From a candidate division FCPU426 bacterium (GTDB lineage: Bacteria; Oederibacteriota; JAAXVQ01; JAUVAV01): a stretch of 21,003 nucleotides of DNA. The translations under genes and the position numbers were made by a program. The stretch spans positions 1 through 21,003 of the forward strand of contig DAOWGI010000075.1 of the NCBI GenBank assembly GCA_030637655.1, given 5' to 3'. Below, in pieces: positions 8,402 to 16,566 of this stretch (positions are counted from its first letter, which is position 1; each line of letters begins with the position of its first letter). The notes under the pieces are model-generated. The model did not search any database, was not told the DNA's origin, and was given only the letters and a program-made list of their open reading frames with translations.

Positions 8402-10747
8402 CTATTTCCATTCAATGGAATGCTTGATAATTGTTACGCCATCCACTTCTTCCACCGTCGTGGCTGCTTCTTGGGCTTGCCGGATGATCTCCTGATAGAC
8501 TTTGCCGGCCTCCTCTTTACGCCCGGTCTTGGCAAAAATATCTGCCATGGCATTGTAGGCCGCGGTGTTTTTAGGATTAATTCGCAGTACCCGTTTAAAA
8601 TCATCAATCGCACGCTCATATTCGTCGCGTAAACTATAGGTAATGCCGCGATTGAAATAGGCATTGGCGTATTTAGCATCCAGGGTTACGGCTTTGGTAA
8701 AATCCGCCAAAGCACTATCATATTCGCCTTTTTTCCGGTAGATAAAACCACGATTATGGTAACCAGGCGCATATTTAGGATTCCTTTTTAACAACAAGTA
8801 GAAATCATTAAACGCTTCCTCATACTCACCTTTTAGCCCGTAAGCCAAGGCGCGGTTATTCAGGGCTTCAAAAAAGTCAGATTTAATATTAAGCGCTTGG
8901 ATAAAATCCAAAATCGCCTGGCCATAGTCGCCTTTAGCCATATAAATCGAACCGCGATTGTTATAAGCCTCGGCATAATCGCCATTGAGATTCAAGGCCT
9001 GATTGATATCAATAATAGCTTTTTCATATTTGCCCAATCCACTATATCCCAGACCCCGGTTATTTAGAGCTTCGACATTCTCCGGATCGATCTCGAGTGC
9101 GAGATCAAAATCCTGAATAGCTTTTTCGTATTCGTCCTGGTCGAAATATGTAGCCCCACGGTTATTATAAGTCTCAGCATCCCGGGGCTTTATTTCCAAA
9201 GCCCGGGAGTATTCGCTAATTGCCTTGGCATAGCGCCGTTTTAAGCTGTATACTATGCCCCGATTATTGTAGGCAGCAAGGTTGGCAGGATCGATCTCCA
9301 ATACTTTTTTAAAATCCGCCAGTGCCTGGTCCAAGTCATTCACTGAACTGTAGGCCAGGCCCCGGCTGTTATAGGCAGCGGTATTTTCAGGATCCAACTC
9401 AATGGCTTTGGTAAATCGGGTAATAGCATGTTCGTGTCGCCCTTTTTCACTGGCAATAATACCCATGCTCATATAAATGTCCGCGTCCGCTGGATTAAGC
9501 TTTAAGGCCTTATTCAAATCCGCCATAGCCAAATTAAATTCCCTTTTTTCAATAAAGGAAAGTCCGCGGTTATTGTAAGCTTTGGAAAACGAGGGATTCA
9601 ATTTGATTGCCATAGTAAAATCTTCAATGGCATGGTCATACAAACCCTTTTCATTCAAAACATTCCCTCTTTTGAGATAAGCTTCACTATCTTGCTTATC
9701 AAAGGTAAGGACAGTGGTAAAATCCATAATAGCTTGGTCATATTCCCCCCGGGCTTGATAGGCTAATCCCCTAATAGAATAAAATTCCGGCTGCCGGGCA
9801 TCTTTTTCCAAAGCCTTATTGCAATCAGCGATTGCATCCACAAATTTATGGTCGGAATAATACGCCATGCCGCGGTGAAAAAACGCATTGGTATCTTCCG
9901 GATATTTTTCCAGAACTTTGCTAAAATCCTGAATTGCCGCCGGAAATTTATCCGTTGCTTGATAAACCCGCCCCCGATGAAAAAGCGTGTTGGCCTCTTC
10001 AGGATATTTTTTCAGAACTTTGTTAAAATCTCTAAGTGCAGCATTGGGTTTGCCCTGGGCTAAATAAAGCACACCGCGACTAGTGAGAACATCACTATAC
10101 TCTGGTTGCAGAGAAAGGGCGTGATTGAAATCAAGCAGCGCTTTGTCTGGCATAGCTTTTGCCTCCCAAACCAATCCGCGATGATAGTAAGCTGCAGCAT
10201 ACTCGGAATCGAGCTTCAACAACCGGTTAAAATCTGCAAGCGCGTTTTTATAATCCCCTTTTTGAAAATAAGCGTTTCCGCGTTGGAAATAGGCTTTTTC
10301 CCCCCACGCATCTTTTCCCACCACTTTACTAAAATCCGACACAGCATTCGTGTAATCTCTTTGATCCAAATAAGCCAGACCGCGCTGATAATAGACGATT
10401 TTGTCCTTGGGGCGCAATTCCAGGGTTCGGGAAAAATCAATTAGCGCGCGCGCAGATTCGCCTTTATCTTGATAAGCCAGGCCGCGTTGAAAAATAGCCT
10501 CATCATGATCCGGGTTTTTTTTAATGATCCGGGTAAATGCAGTAATGGCTTGATTGTATTCGCCATGCTCATACCATACCTTCCCTTGCTGAAAAATTGT
10601 ACCTGCTTGACTGTGCTGCGTATCCGGAGTAGGAACTGAGGAAGATGTTTCTGAATCCCGGCAAAACGCACGATTCGTATCAAAGCTACTGTTCAAAAGT
10701 AAAATCAAAAAAAACATGCTGGTCCAGCGGCCGGCCAATCTATTCAT
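8402..10747 (-). CDS. Tetratricopeptide repeat protein (21 TPRs), probably exported
   Basis: 21 consecutive 34-aa repeats (AY.NRG.AY...G.Y..AI.DF..AL.L.P). N-terminal basic plus hydrophobic segment; SD GGAG before ATG 10747. Confidence 0.95.
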   Translation of the reverse strand: MNRLAGRWTSMFFLILLLNSSFDTNRAFCRDSETSSSVPTPDTQHSQAGTIFQQGKVWYEHGEYNQAITAFTRIIKKNPDHDEAIFQRGLAYQDKGESARALIDFSRTLELRPKDKIVYYQRGLAYLDQRDYTNAVSDFSKVVGKDAWGEKAYFQRGNAYFQKGDYKNALADFNRLLKLDSEYAAAYYHRGLVWEAKAMPDKALLDFNHALSLQPEYSDVLTSRGVLYLAQGKPNAALRDFNKVLKKYPEEANTLFHRGRVYQATDKFPAAIQDFSKVLEKYPEDTNAFFHRGMAYYSDHKFVDAIADCNKALEKDARQPEFYSIRGLAYQARGEYDQAIMDFTTVLTFDKQDSEAYLKRGNVLNEKGLYDHAIEDFTMAIKLNPSFSKAYNNRGLSFIEKREFNLAMADLNKALKLNPADADIYMSMGIIASEKGRHEHAITRFTKAIELDPENTAAYNSRGLAYSSVNDLDQALADFKKVLEIDPANLAAYNNRGIVYSLKRRYAKAISEYSRALEIKPRDAETYNNRGATYFDQDEYEKAIQDFDLALEIDPENVEALNNRGLGYSGLGKYEKAIIDINQALNLNGDYAEAYNNRGSIYMAKGDYGQAILDFIQALNIKSDFFEALNNRALAYGLKGEYEEAFNDFYLLLKRNPKYAPGYHNRGFIYRKKGEYDSALADFTKAVTLDAKYANAYFNRGITYSLRDEYERAIDDFKRVLRINPKNTAAYNAMADIFAKTGRKEEAGKVYQEIIRQAQEAATTVEEVDGVTIIKHSIEWK

Positions 10748-10811
10748 TTTAAAGTCTCCATTTTATTAAATTACTCCGCGCTTCTGGCGCAGGAAATTTG
10801 ATCCGAGATGA

Positions 10812-10884
10812 AGAATTGTTTTCTCCGAAAGCTTTACTTGCGAGGCAGGTAGCCGTCTTTCGGAGCCATGCCTGGAACAATTCT
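10812..10884. repeat. Interrupted hairpin in the TPR gene leader
   Basis: Outer stem AGAATTGTT/AACAATTCT and inner stem CTCCGAAAG/CTTTCGGAG. Confidence 0.6.
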
Positions 10885-10973
10885 AAATAGCGACTTTTTT
10901 AGAGACCGCACTCTTTATATTTTCGCCTTTTTTTTCTTAAAATGAAGATTACTTCTTAAATACTGGTAATCGT

Positions 10974-11138
10974 TTACTAAAGCCACGACGGTTGCCGAGT
11001 ACTTTTCTTGCTGCCAAACTCGCAACCGCCGGGGTGAGTACCAGTTAATGCTGATTTTAAAAGGATATGGCCGCCGGCGCTAAGACAGTCCTCGCGGCGA
11101 AAAGCATCCGGCAACCGTCACTCTCGTACGTTTAGTAA
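10974..11138 (-). ncRNA. Candidate structured RNA or structured repeat (about 165-nt long hairpin)
   Basis: Arms 10987-11007 and 11099-11119 pair over 21 bp. On the minus strand, two of the three non-Watson-Crick positions are G-U. Outer TTACTAAA/TTTAGTAA and inner CGCCGG/CCGGCG stems are also present. Confidence 0.45.
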
Positions 11139-11159
11139 CAAGGCACCAAAATTCCAGTA

Positions 11160-11168
11160 ATTATAACA
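11160..11168 (-). promoter_or_regulatory. Extended -10 promoter element for the TPR transcript
   Basis: The minus strand reads TGTTATAAT (perfect TGnTATAAT), directly upstream of the long hairpin. Confidence 0.55.
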
Positions 11169-11187
11169 TAAAACCGTTATTAAACAC

Positions 11188-11219
11188 GGGATAAAGTAGG
11201 GCCGCGATTTATCCTGTCC
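11188..11219. repeat. Degenerate GTAG-type REP-like sequence
   Basis: GTAGGGCCGCGATTTATCCTGTCC resembles the GTAG...CGCGATT(A/T)ATC REP at 19827; a GGATAAA/TTTATCC stem is present. Confidence 0.35.
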
Positions 11220-11232
11220 AAAGAAAATTGGG

Positions 11233-11261
11233 TGTTACAATTTATTACAATATTGAAACAA
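11233..11261 (+). promoter_or_regulatory. Putative OmpR/CpxR-family operator (copy 1, upstream of the two-component operon)
   Basis: TGTTACAATTTATTACAATATTGAAACAA: TTACAA direct repeats at 10-bp period, 25/29 identical to 13809-13837. Confidence 0.72.
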
Positions 11262-11301
11262 CTTATTCACATTTATCTGTATCTTTTATTATAAAATCAA
11301 G

Positions 11302-11515
11302 GTAACTACTCGGGTGGGTAAAAAAAGTATTCAAATATTCACGCCTGGCAGGTCACTTTGGTCTTTTTTCAAGCATGGCAAAGCGGAAAACCAAGGTCTA
11401 AGCTGGTAACGGGCAATAGGGGGATATGTTTTTCTAAACCACATCTCCGCAGTCACCGCTGCCACGCTTGAAAAAAGACCAAAGTGACCTGCTCCTTGCA
11501 GACCTGAGTAGTTAC
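11302..11515. mobile_element. 214-bp MITE (non-autonomous element)
   Basis: TIRs GTAACTACTCGGGT / ACCTGAGTAGTTAC (13/14 match). Flanked by AAATCAAG (11294-11301) and GAATCAAG (11516-11523). Internal perfect 27-bp inverted repeat at 11348-11374 and 11466-11492. Confidence 0.78.
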
Positions 11516-11657
11516 GAATCAAGTGAAATTTTTGGGACAGATATATCTCTGGTTTTGCAGCGTAACGGACGATCCTATGAGGAAAAGGGGAAGCGGGTTT
11601 GAACGTCGCTGGTTTAGGAAAACCGGGACCCTGACAGATCAAAAGGGCGGACAGAGC

Positions 11658-12350
11658 ATGAGTATAAACATTTTGATCGTAGATGACGACAGGAAGTTAA
11701 ATAAATTGCTGAGTAATTATTTTTCGCAATTTAACTTTACCACTACGGCGGTTACTCACCCGGAGGAAGCCTTGAAACGGTTAAAGCAGGAACAACCGGA
11801 GGTGGTCATACTTGACGTCATGCTGCCGGGCAGGGATGGTTTTGAGGTCTGCCAGGAAATCCGAAAAGAATATACCATCCCGATAATAATGCTGACTGCG
11901 CGCGGGGAGGTTACTGACAGAATTGTGGGTCTGGAACTCGGGGCGGACGATTATCTTCCCAAGCCGTTTGAACCCAGGGAATTGGTGGCGCGCATACAAA
12001 CCATATTGCGCAGAACTTTGGGAAAGCTAAAATCCAATAATGTAAAATGCGGTAAATTGTTCCTGGATTTAAACAAACACTCAGTAATATTAGCTGGAAG
12101 ACAACTGGATTTAACGACTATGGAATTTGAAATACTGACCATGTTTGCCCAAAATCCGGAAAAAGTCCTAAGTCGCGAGCAACTACTGGACAAAGTCCGC
12201 GGACTGGAATGGGAAGCCTACAACCGGTCCATTGATGTTTTAATCAGCCGGCTTCGCCAGAAACTGGGTGATGATCCTAAAAACCCGGCTTATTTAAAGA
12301 CAGTATGGGGAGCTGGATATATGTTTGTCGGTGCAGACGATGAAGCCTAA
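11658..12350 (+). CDS. OmpR/PhoB-family response regulator (CpxR-like)
   Basis: MSINILIVDDD, ILDVMLPG, MLTARG, LGADDYLPKPF and winged helix RSIDVLISRLRQKL...KTVWGAGY. Start moved to ATG 11658. Confidence 0.95.
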   Translation: MSINILIVDDDRKLNKLLSNYFSQFNFTTTAVTHPEEALKRLKQEQPEVVILDVMLPGRDGFEVCQEIRKEYTIPIIMLTARGEVTDRIVGLELGADDYLPKPFEPRELVARIQTILRRTLGKLKSNNVKCGKLFLDLNKHSVILAGRQLDLTTMEFEILTMFAQNPEKVLSREQLLDKVRGLEWEAYNRSIDVLISRLRQKLGDDPKNPAYLKTVWGAGYMFVGADDEA

Positions 12351-13689
12351 TTTTGTTAGTCGGTTCAAACGGCCAATATTCCTTAAATTGTTAGCAGTAG
12401 TGGTAGTAACCGGAATTCTGGTAATTATTTTAATCATTACATTTTTTAAATTCACCATGCGAACATGTTTTGTGGATGATATACGCGGCCATGTAACAAA
12501 TTATATGGAATATCTGATAAATGACATGGGCAATCCGCCTGACATATCCCGTGCCCGCAAAATTGCCGCGAGTGCGTTATTGGAAATACGCTATGCCGGC
12601 CCGGATGTGAAATGGACCACTTCTGATCAACTGCCGGCTATCAATCAAATAGTAAAGCGAAAGGGACCGGTTTCAGACAAGGGCGTTATTATGGGGGAAT
12701 ACCGGGATAAAGGTTTTGTCCTGGCGGACAGGAAAACCGGAAGGTTTCTGATTGTCCCGGCCAGAGAGATTATGAATGTGCCTAAAATGATTATGGCAAT
12801 ATTTTTTACCTTGCTGATTATGATTTTTTTGGGTTCTTATTGGTGGATTAGGAAAATATTAAAACCCATTAGCCGGCTGGCTGAAGGTGTCCGCCAGATT
12901 CGCAATAATAATTTACAGCATATCATACCCCTCCACGGGGAGAAAAGAAAAGATGAACTTTCAGAACTCACAGACTCTTTTAATGCCATGACCAAACAGA
13001 TACGCGAAATGCTGCTGTCTAAAGAGAAACTTCTGCTGGATATCAGCCACGAGCTGCGGTCGCCGCTTACCCGAATGAAAGTGGCCCTGGAGTTTGTCCC
13101 GAAAGGAAATACGCGTGAGAGTTTGAGCGAGGATTTGGCAGGTATGGAAAAAATGATTGCGGAAATTCTTGAAACCCAGCGTTTGTCCAGCGCGCATGGA
13201 AAACTTAATTTGAAAATGACGAATATCGCGGACCTGATACAAGAAGTCGCGCATGATTTGAAAAATACGGCACCCTCAATTAAACCGGTTTTATTGACAA
13301 ATAAAATATGTTTGAATGTTGATGCTGAACGAATAAAAATAGTTTTAAAAAATATTCTGGAAAACGCCATAAAATATTCCGAACTAAACAGTCAACCTAT
13401 AGAAGTGTCCATAAGTGAAGAAGATAAAATCGTGGAAATCAGGATACAGGACCATGGTAGGGGGATTTCGGAAGCAGATCTGCCTTTTGTATTTGAACCG
13501 TTTTACCGGGTTGACAGTTCCCGGTCCCAGGATACCGGCGGCTACGGTCTGGGCATGAGCTTATGTAAAAACATTATGGAAGCCCATGGCGGCGGCATAA
13601 GCATCAGCAGCCAACCCCAGGTGGGAACTGTTGTATATCTAAAGTTTATAAAATCAGCCAATTATCCCGGGGCAGCGGGAAACAGTTAA
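12340..13689 (+). CDS. Sensor histidine kinase (2 TM, HAMP, HisKA, HATPase_c; CpxA-like)
   Basis: Two TM helices, HAMP (KPISRL...DELSEL...FNAM), H-box DISHELRSPLTRM, N-box ENAIKY, DHGRG and GGYGLG. Start overlaps the end of the regulator gene. Confidence 0.95.
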   Translation: MKPNFVSRFKRPIFLKLLAVVVVTGILVIILIITFFKFTMRTCFVDDIRGHVTNYMEYLINDMGNPPDISRARKIAASALLEIRYAGPDVKWTTSDQLPAINQIVKRKGPVSDKGVIMGEYRDKGFVLADRKTGRFLIVPAREIMNVPKMIMAIFFTLLIMIFLGSYWWIRKILKPISRLAEGVRQIRNNNLQHIIPLHGEKRKDELSELTDSFNAMTKQIREMLLSKEKLLLDISHELRSPLTRMKVALEFVPKGNTRESLSEDLAGMEKMIAEILETQRLSSAHGKLNLKMTNIADLIQEVAHDLKNTAPSIKPVLLTNKICLNVDAERIKIVLKNILENAIKYSELNSQPIEVSISEEDKIVEIRIQDHGRGISEADLPFVFEPFYRVDSSRSQDTGGYGLGMSLCKNIMEAHGGGISISSQPQVGTVVYLKFIKSANYPGAAGNS

Positions 13690-13808
13690 TCTCGATTATA
13701 TCCGCAAAGCAGTCAGAATAAACTCATCCTTAAAACTTCCAGAGGTCACATCATTACCGGGTCGTATGATATTTTTTTTCGTTTTGACCCCGCCGGCCTA
13801 AGAGCGGT

Positions 13809-13837
13809 TGTTACAATTTCTTACAATCCTGAAATAA
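13809..13837 (+). promoter_or_regulatory. Putative OmpR/CpxR-family operator (copy 2, upstream of the RND operon)
   Basis: TGTTACAATTTCTTACAATCCTGAAATAA, followed by the extended -10-like TGATATAAA at 13854-13862. Confidence 0.72.
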
Positions 13838-13907
13838 TTCGGTTACTTCTATTTGATATAAATGTATACAGAATTAATAAAAACCAATTTAAGGAGGTTT
13901 GTTCAAA

Positions 13908-14315
13908 ATGAAATATACCTTGGGAATCGTATTTTTATGCATAAGCTTTTTGTCGCTATTTCAAGTAGCGCAAGGTGTGGCGGAGTCAACGGTATTGGTG
14001 GAGGTAGGAGACGAAGTCCCAAATTTTGTAATAGGGAAAATAAAGAAAAAAAAGTGCCCGGTCACTATGCTGATGGACTGGGAGCAAAAAGTTAATAAAC
14101 TTTTAGGCACAAATAAAGCTGAAACCGATGTTTTGATTATTGCGGCGGACGGGGTTCTGGTCAGCCATATGGCGGGTCCATACTCGGAGGAGAAACTTCA
14201 GATGGTTAGGGATAAGCTTGAGGAGATTTTAGAAACCGATGGTGTGGAAGAAAAAAAGGAGCAAAAGGAAGGAGCTGAAACTGATGCTGGAAAGACTAAC
14301 CTTATGGGTGGGTAA
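13908..14315 (+). CDS. Exported protein with partial thioredoxin-like (AhpC-TSA/YtfJ-like) fold
   Basis: AAGGAGG SD and signal peptide ending VAQG. VGDEVPNF is joined almost directly to MLMDWEQKVNKLLG...VLIIAADGVL. Confidence 0.7.
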   Translation: MKYTLGIVFLCISFLSLFQVAQGVAESTVLVEVGDEVPNFVIGKIKKKKCPVTMLMDWEQKVNKLLGTNKAETDVLIIAADGVLVSHMAGPYSEEKLQMVRDKLEEILETDGVEEKKEQKEGAETDAGKTNLMGG

Positions 14316-16566
14316 ATACCCAAAAACCATAATCGTTGCCATTGTTTTACTGACAAGCTTTTTTTACTTCGGTCTTAATAAGCTGGAGGTAAGCAGTGAT
14401 GTGGAATCCATGATTCCTGAAAACGACCCGGCAAAGGCGGTCTACGACCAGGTTGATGAAACCTTTGGCGGAGCAAAGTTTGCCATGGTGGTTATGGACC
14501 TGGGCGAGGTCTTCAGTGCCGGTTCATTGCGCGAAATAGATCAATTAACTCTGGAATTGGAAAAAGTGAAAGGGGTTAATTCTGTTCGGAGTATAACCAA
14601 TGTTGAAGAGATCAGGGGAGTTGAGGGCGGCATTGAGGTGGTGGAACTGATTGGACAGATACCGGAGAGTGAAGCCGAACTCCGGGAGCTGCAAAAAAGA
14701 GTGTTGTCTAATGATGACTATGTTGGGCAGATAGTTTCCGAAAACGGAAGAATTGCTCTGATCATGGTTCAGATTTTACCGAATGCGGATGTGGTGGAGG
14801 TTATCAGCAATCTCAAAGAGGAGGTGAATAAACCCGGACTGGAGCACAAGACTTATCTGACCGGTGAAGCTGTACTGGACATAGAAATGGATACAATGCT
14901 GAGCAAAGACATGGCAAAATTGCTTCCTTTAGCTATGCTGGTAATGACAGGAATACTTTATTTCAGCTTTCGCAATTTCAGAGGAGTGGTTTTGCCATTA
15001 CTTATTGTTGTGGTTACGGTTATCTGGACTATGGGACTTATGGGATATCTCGGCGTACCCCTTACTCCTATTAGTAATATCATGCCGATTATTCTTATCA
15101 GTATAGGCATTGCGGACGGGATCCATATTCTTGCCCGGTATCGTGAGGAAATTTCGCTGGGCTGGGATAAAAGGAAAGCTTTAACCAGAACAATAGTGTT
15201 TGTGGGTATGGCATGTTTTTTAACTTCCATTACTACCATGGGAGGCTTTGGTTCGCTGGGCGTTTCTTCCTTAAGCCTGATTAGAAGCTTTGGTTTGTTT
15301 ACTGCCGTGGGAGTGGGTATTGCCCTTATAATCACGGTCACTTTATTCCTGGCATTTCTTTTCTTGCTGCGTCCCCACAAAAGAGCGTTTATCGGCAACG
15401 AAAAAACATTTCTGCAGGGAACTCTGAGAAAATGGGCGGATTTTGTTGTAGACAGAGCCAAAACAGTGCTAATCATCGCCGGGGTGCTCATCCTGGCGGT
15501 CGGTCTGGGGATTCCGTTGATTAGCGCTGAATCGGATTTTATAAATTTTCTTCCACCGGGCGGGCCGGTCAGATCGGCCTATAATGTGGTTAAGGACAAT
15601 TTTGGCGGCGCGGATATTATTCAAATCGCTATCAAGGGTAATATTCAGGATCCTGAAGTTTTGCGGGCTATGGAACATCTGCAAAATGATATTACAGAGA
15701 TTGAAATTTTAAGCAAGCCGGCTTCCATAGTCAATCTTTTGCGCAATACCAATCAAGCCCTGCACGAGGGAAACCCGGAATACAAGATTCTGCCGGAAAC
15801 AGAAGAAGAAGCGGCCCAATATCTCCTGCTCCTGTCCCTGGGAGGTTCGGGTCAACTGGATAATATGCTTTCTTTTAACTATCAGCATGCTTTAATCCAA
15901 TCCCGGGTATCAACCTATAAAATTTCAGAACGGGAGAAAATGATTGCTGAAATAGAAGGAGCAATTGATAAATATTTTGACGACACGACCGAGGTAGTAT
16001 TAACCGGAACGCCCATCCTGGCATACAGAATGGATAATCTTATTGTAAAAGGACAATTACAAAGTCTGGTTCTGGCAATTCTGATTGTCCTGATGCTGAT
16101 GGTTATCATCTCAAGATCATTAGTCTACGGAGCTCTTTGTGCTGTCCCGATTATACTCACGGTGATTTTGAACTTTGGGATAATGGGTTGGTTCAGGATA
16201 CCGCTGGACGTGGCTTCGGCGGTTATTGCCAGCATTGTTATTGGTATTGGGGTGGACTATGCTATTCACTTTTTTAATCGCTATAAGGAAGAACTGGCCC
16301 TGGGCAAAAGTGTGGAGCAGGCATTAAAGATTACTATTTCAAATACCGGGCAGGCTATCTTTTACAATGCCGCGGCCGTGGGATTGGGTTTTTTGGTGCT
16401 GGTATTCGCGTCCATGCCGCCCATGGCACGCATGGGCTGGATGATTGCCTTGACCATGCTTTTCTCATCAATGGCGTCAATGACTGTATTGCCGGCATTG
16501 TTGTTCCTGCGGGACAGATACAAAATAAAAACACAAGGAGGTAATCAGTATGCTAAATCAAATTAA
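14284..16566 (+). CDS. MMPL-family RND transporter
   Basis: Two repeats of TM1, periplasmic domain and 5 TM. GIADGIHIL and GIGVDYAIHF motifs. SD GGAG before ATG 14284. Confidence 0.93.
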   Translation: MLERLTLWVGKYPKTIIVAIVLLTSFFYFGLNKLEVSSDVESMIPENDPAKAVYDQVDETFGGAKFAMVVMDLGEVFSAGSLREIDQLTLELEKVKGVNSVRSITNVEEIRGVEGGIEVVELIGQIPESEAELRELQKRVLSNDDYVGQIVSENGRIALIMVQILPNADVVEVISNLKEEVNKPGLEHKTYLTGEAVLDIEMDTMLSKDMAKLLPLAMLVMTGILYFSFRNFRGVVLPLLIVVVTVIWTMGLMGYLGVPLTPISNIMPIILISIGIADGIHILARYREEISLGWDKRKALTRTIVFVGMACFLTSITTMGGFGSLGVSSLSLIRSFGLFTAVGVGIALIITVTLFLAFLFLLRPHKRAFIGNEKTFLQGTLRKWADFVVDRAKTVLIIAGVLILAVGLGIPLISAESDFINFLPPGGPVRSAYNVVKDNFGGADIIQIAIKGNIQDPEVLRAMEHLQNDITEIEILSKPASIVNLLRNTNQALHEGNPEYKILPETEEEAAQYLLLLSLGGSGQLDNMLSFNYQHALIQSRVSTYKISEREKMIAEIEGAIDKYFDDTTEVVLTGTPILAYRMDNLIVKGQLQSLVLAILIVLMLMVIISRSLVYGALCAVPIILTVILNFGIMGWFRIPLDVASAVIASIVIGIGVDYAIHFFNRYKEELALGKSVEQALKITISNTGQAIFYNAAAVGLGFLVLVFASMPPMARMGWMIALTMLFSSMASMTVLPALLFLRDRYKIKTQGGNQYAKSN

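Noticed and set aside
8402..10747. CRISPR-like or DNA tandem array
   Set aside because: The periodicity is 102 bp and explained by coding TPR repeats; there are no identical repeats with unique spacers.
10974..11138. 6S RNA or SRP RNA
   Set aside because: Size and rod shape are compatible, but I see neither the 6S central-bubble consensus nor the SRP GGAA/AGCAG motif. Left unassigned pending an Rfam search.
11376..11465. c-di-GMP-I riboswitch (GGCAAA...GGTCTAAG...CTGCC resemblance)
   Set aside because: It lacks a proper GNRA-capped P2 and the GACGCAAAGC junction; the sequence is better explained as the MITE interior.
11348..11492. Retron msr-msd RNA (long terminal inverted repeats)
   Set aside because: There is no reverse transcriptase in the window, and the outer TIRs plus target duplication indicate a MITE.
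11523..11657. 45-aa N-terminal extension of the response regulator
   Set aside because: The REC domain starts at MSINILIVDDD (11658); the extension starts at the MITE edge and has no domain character.
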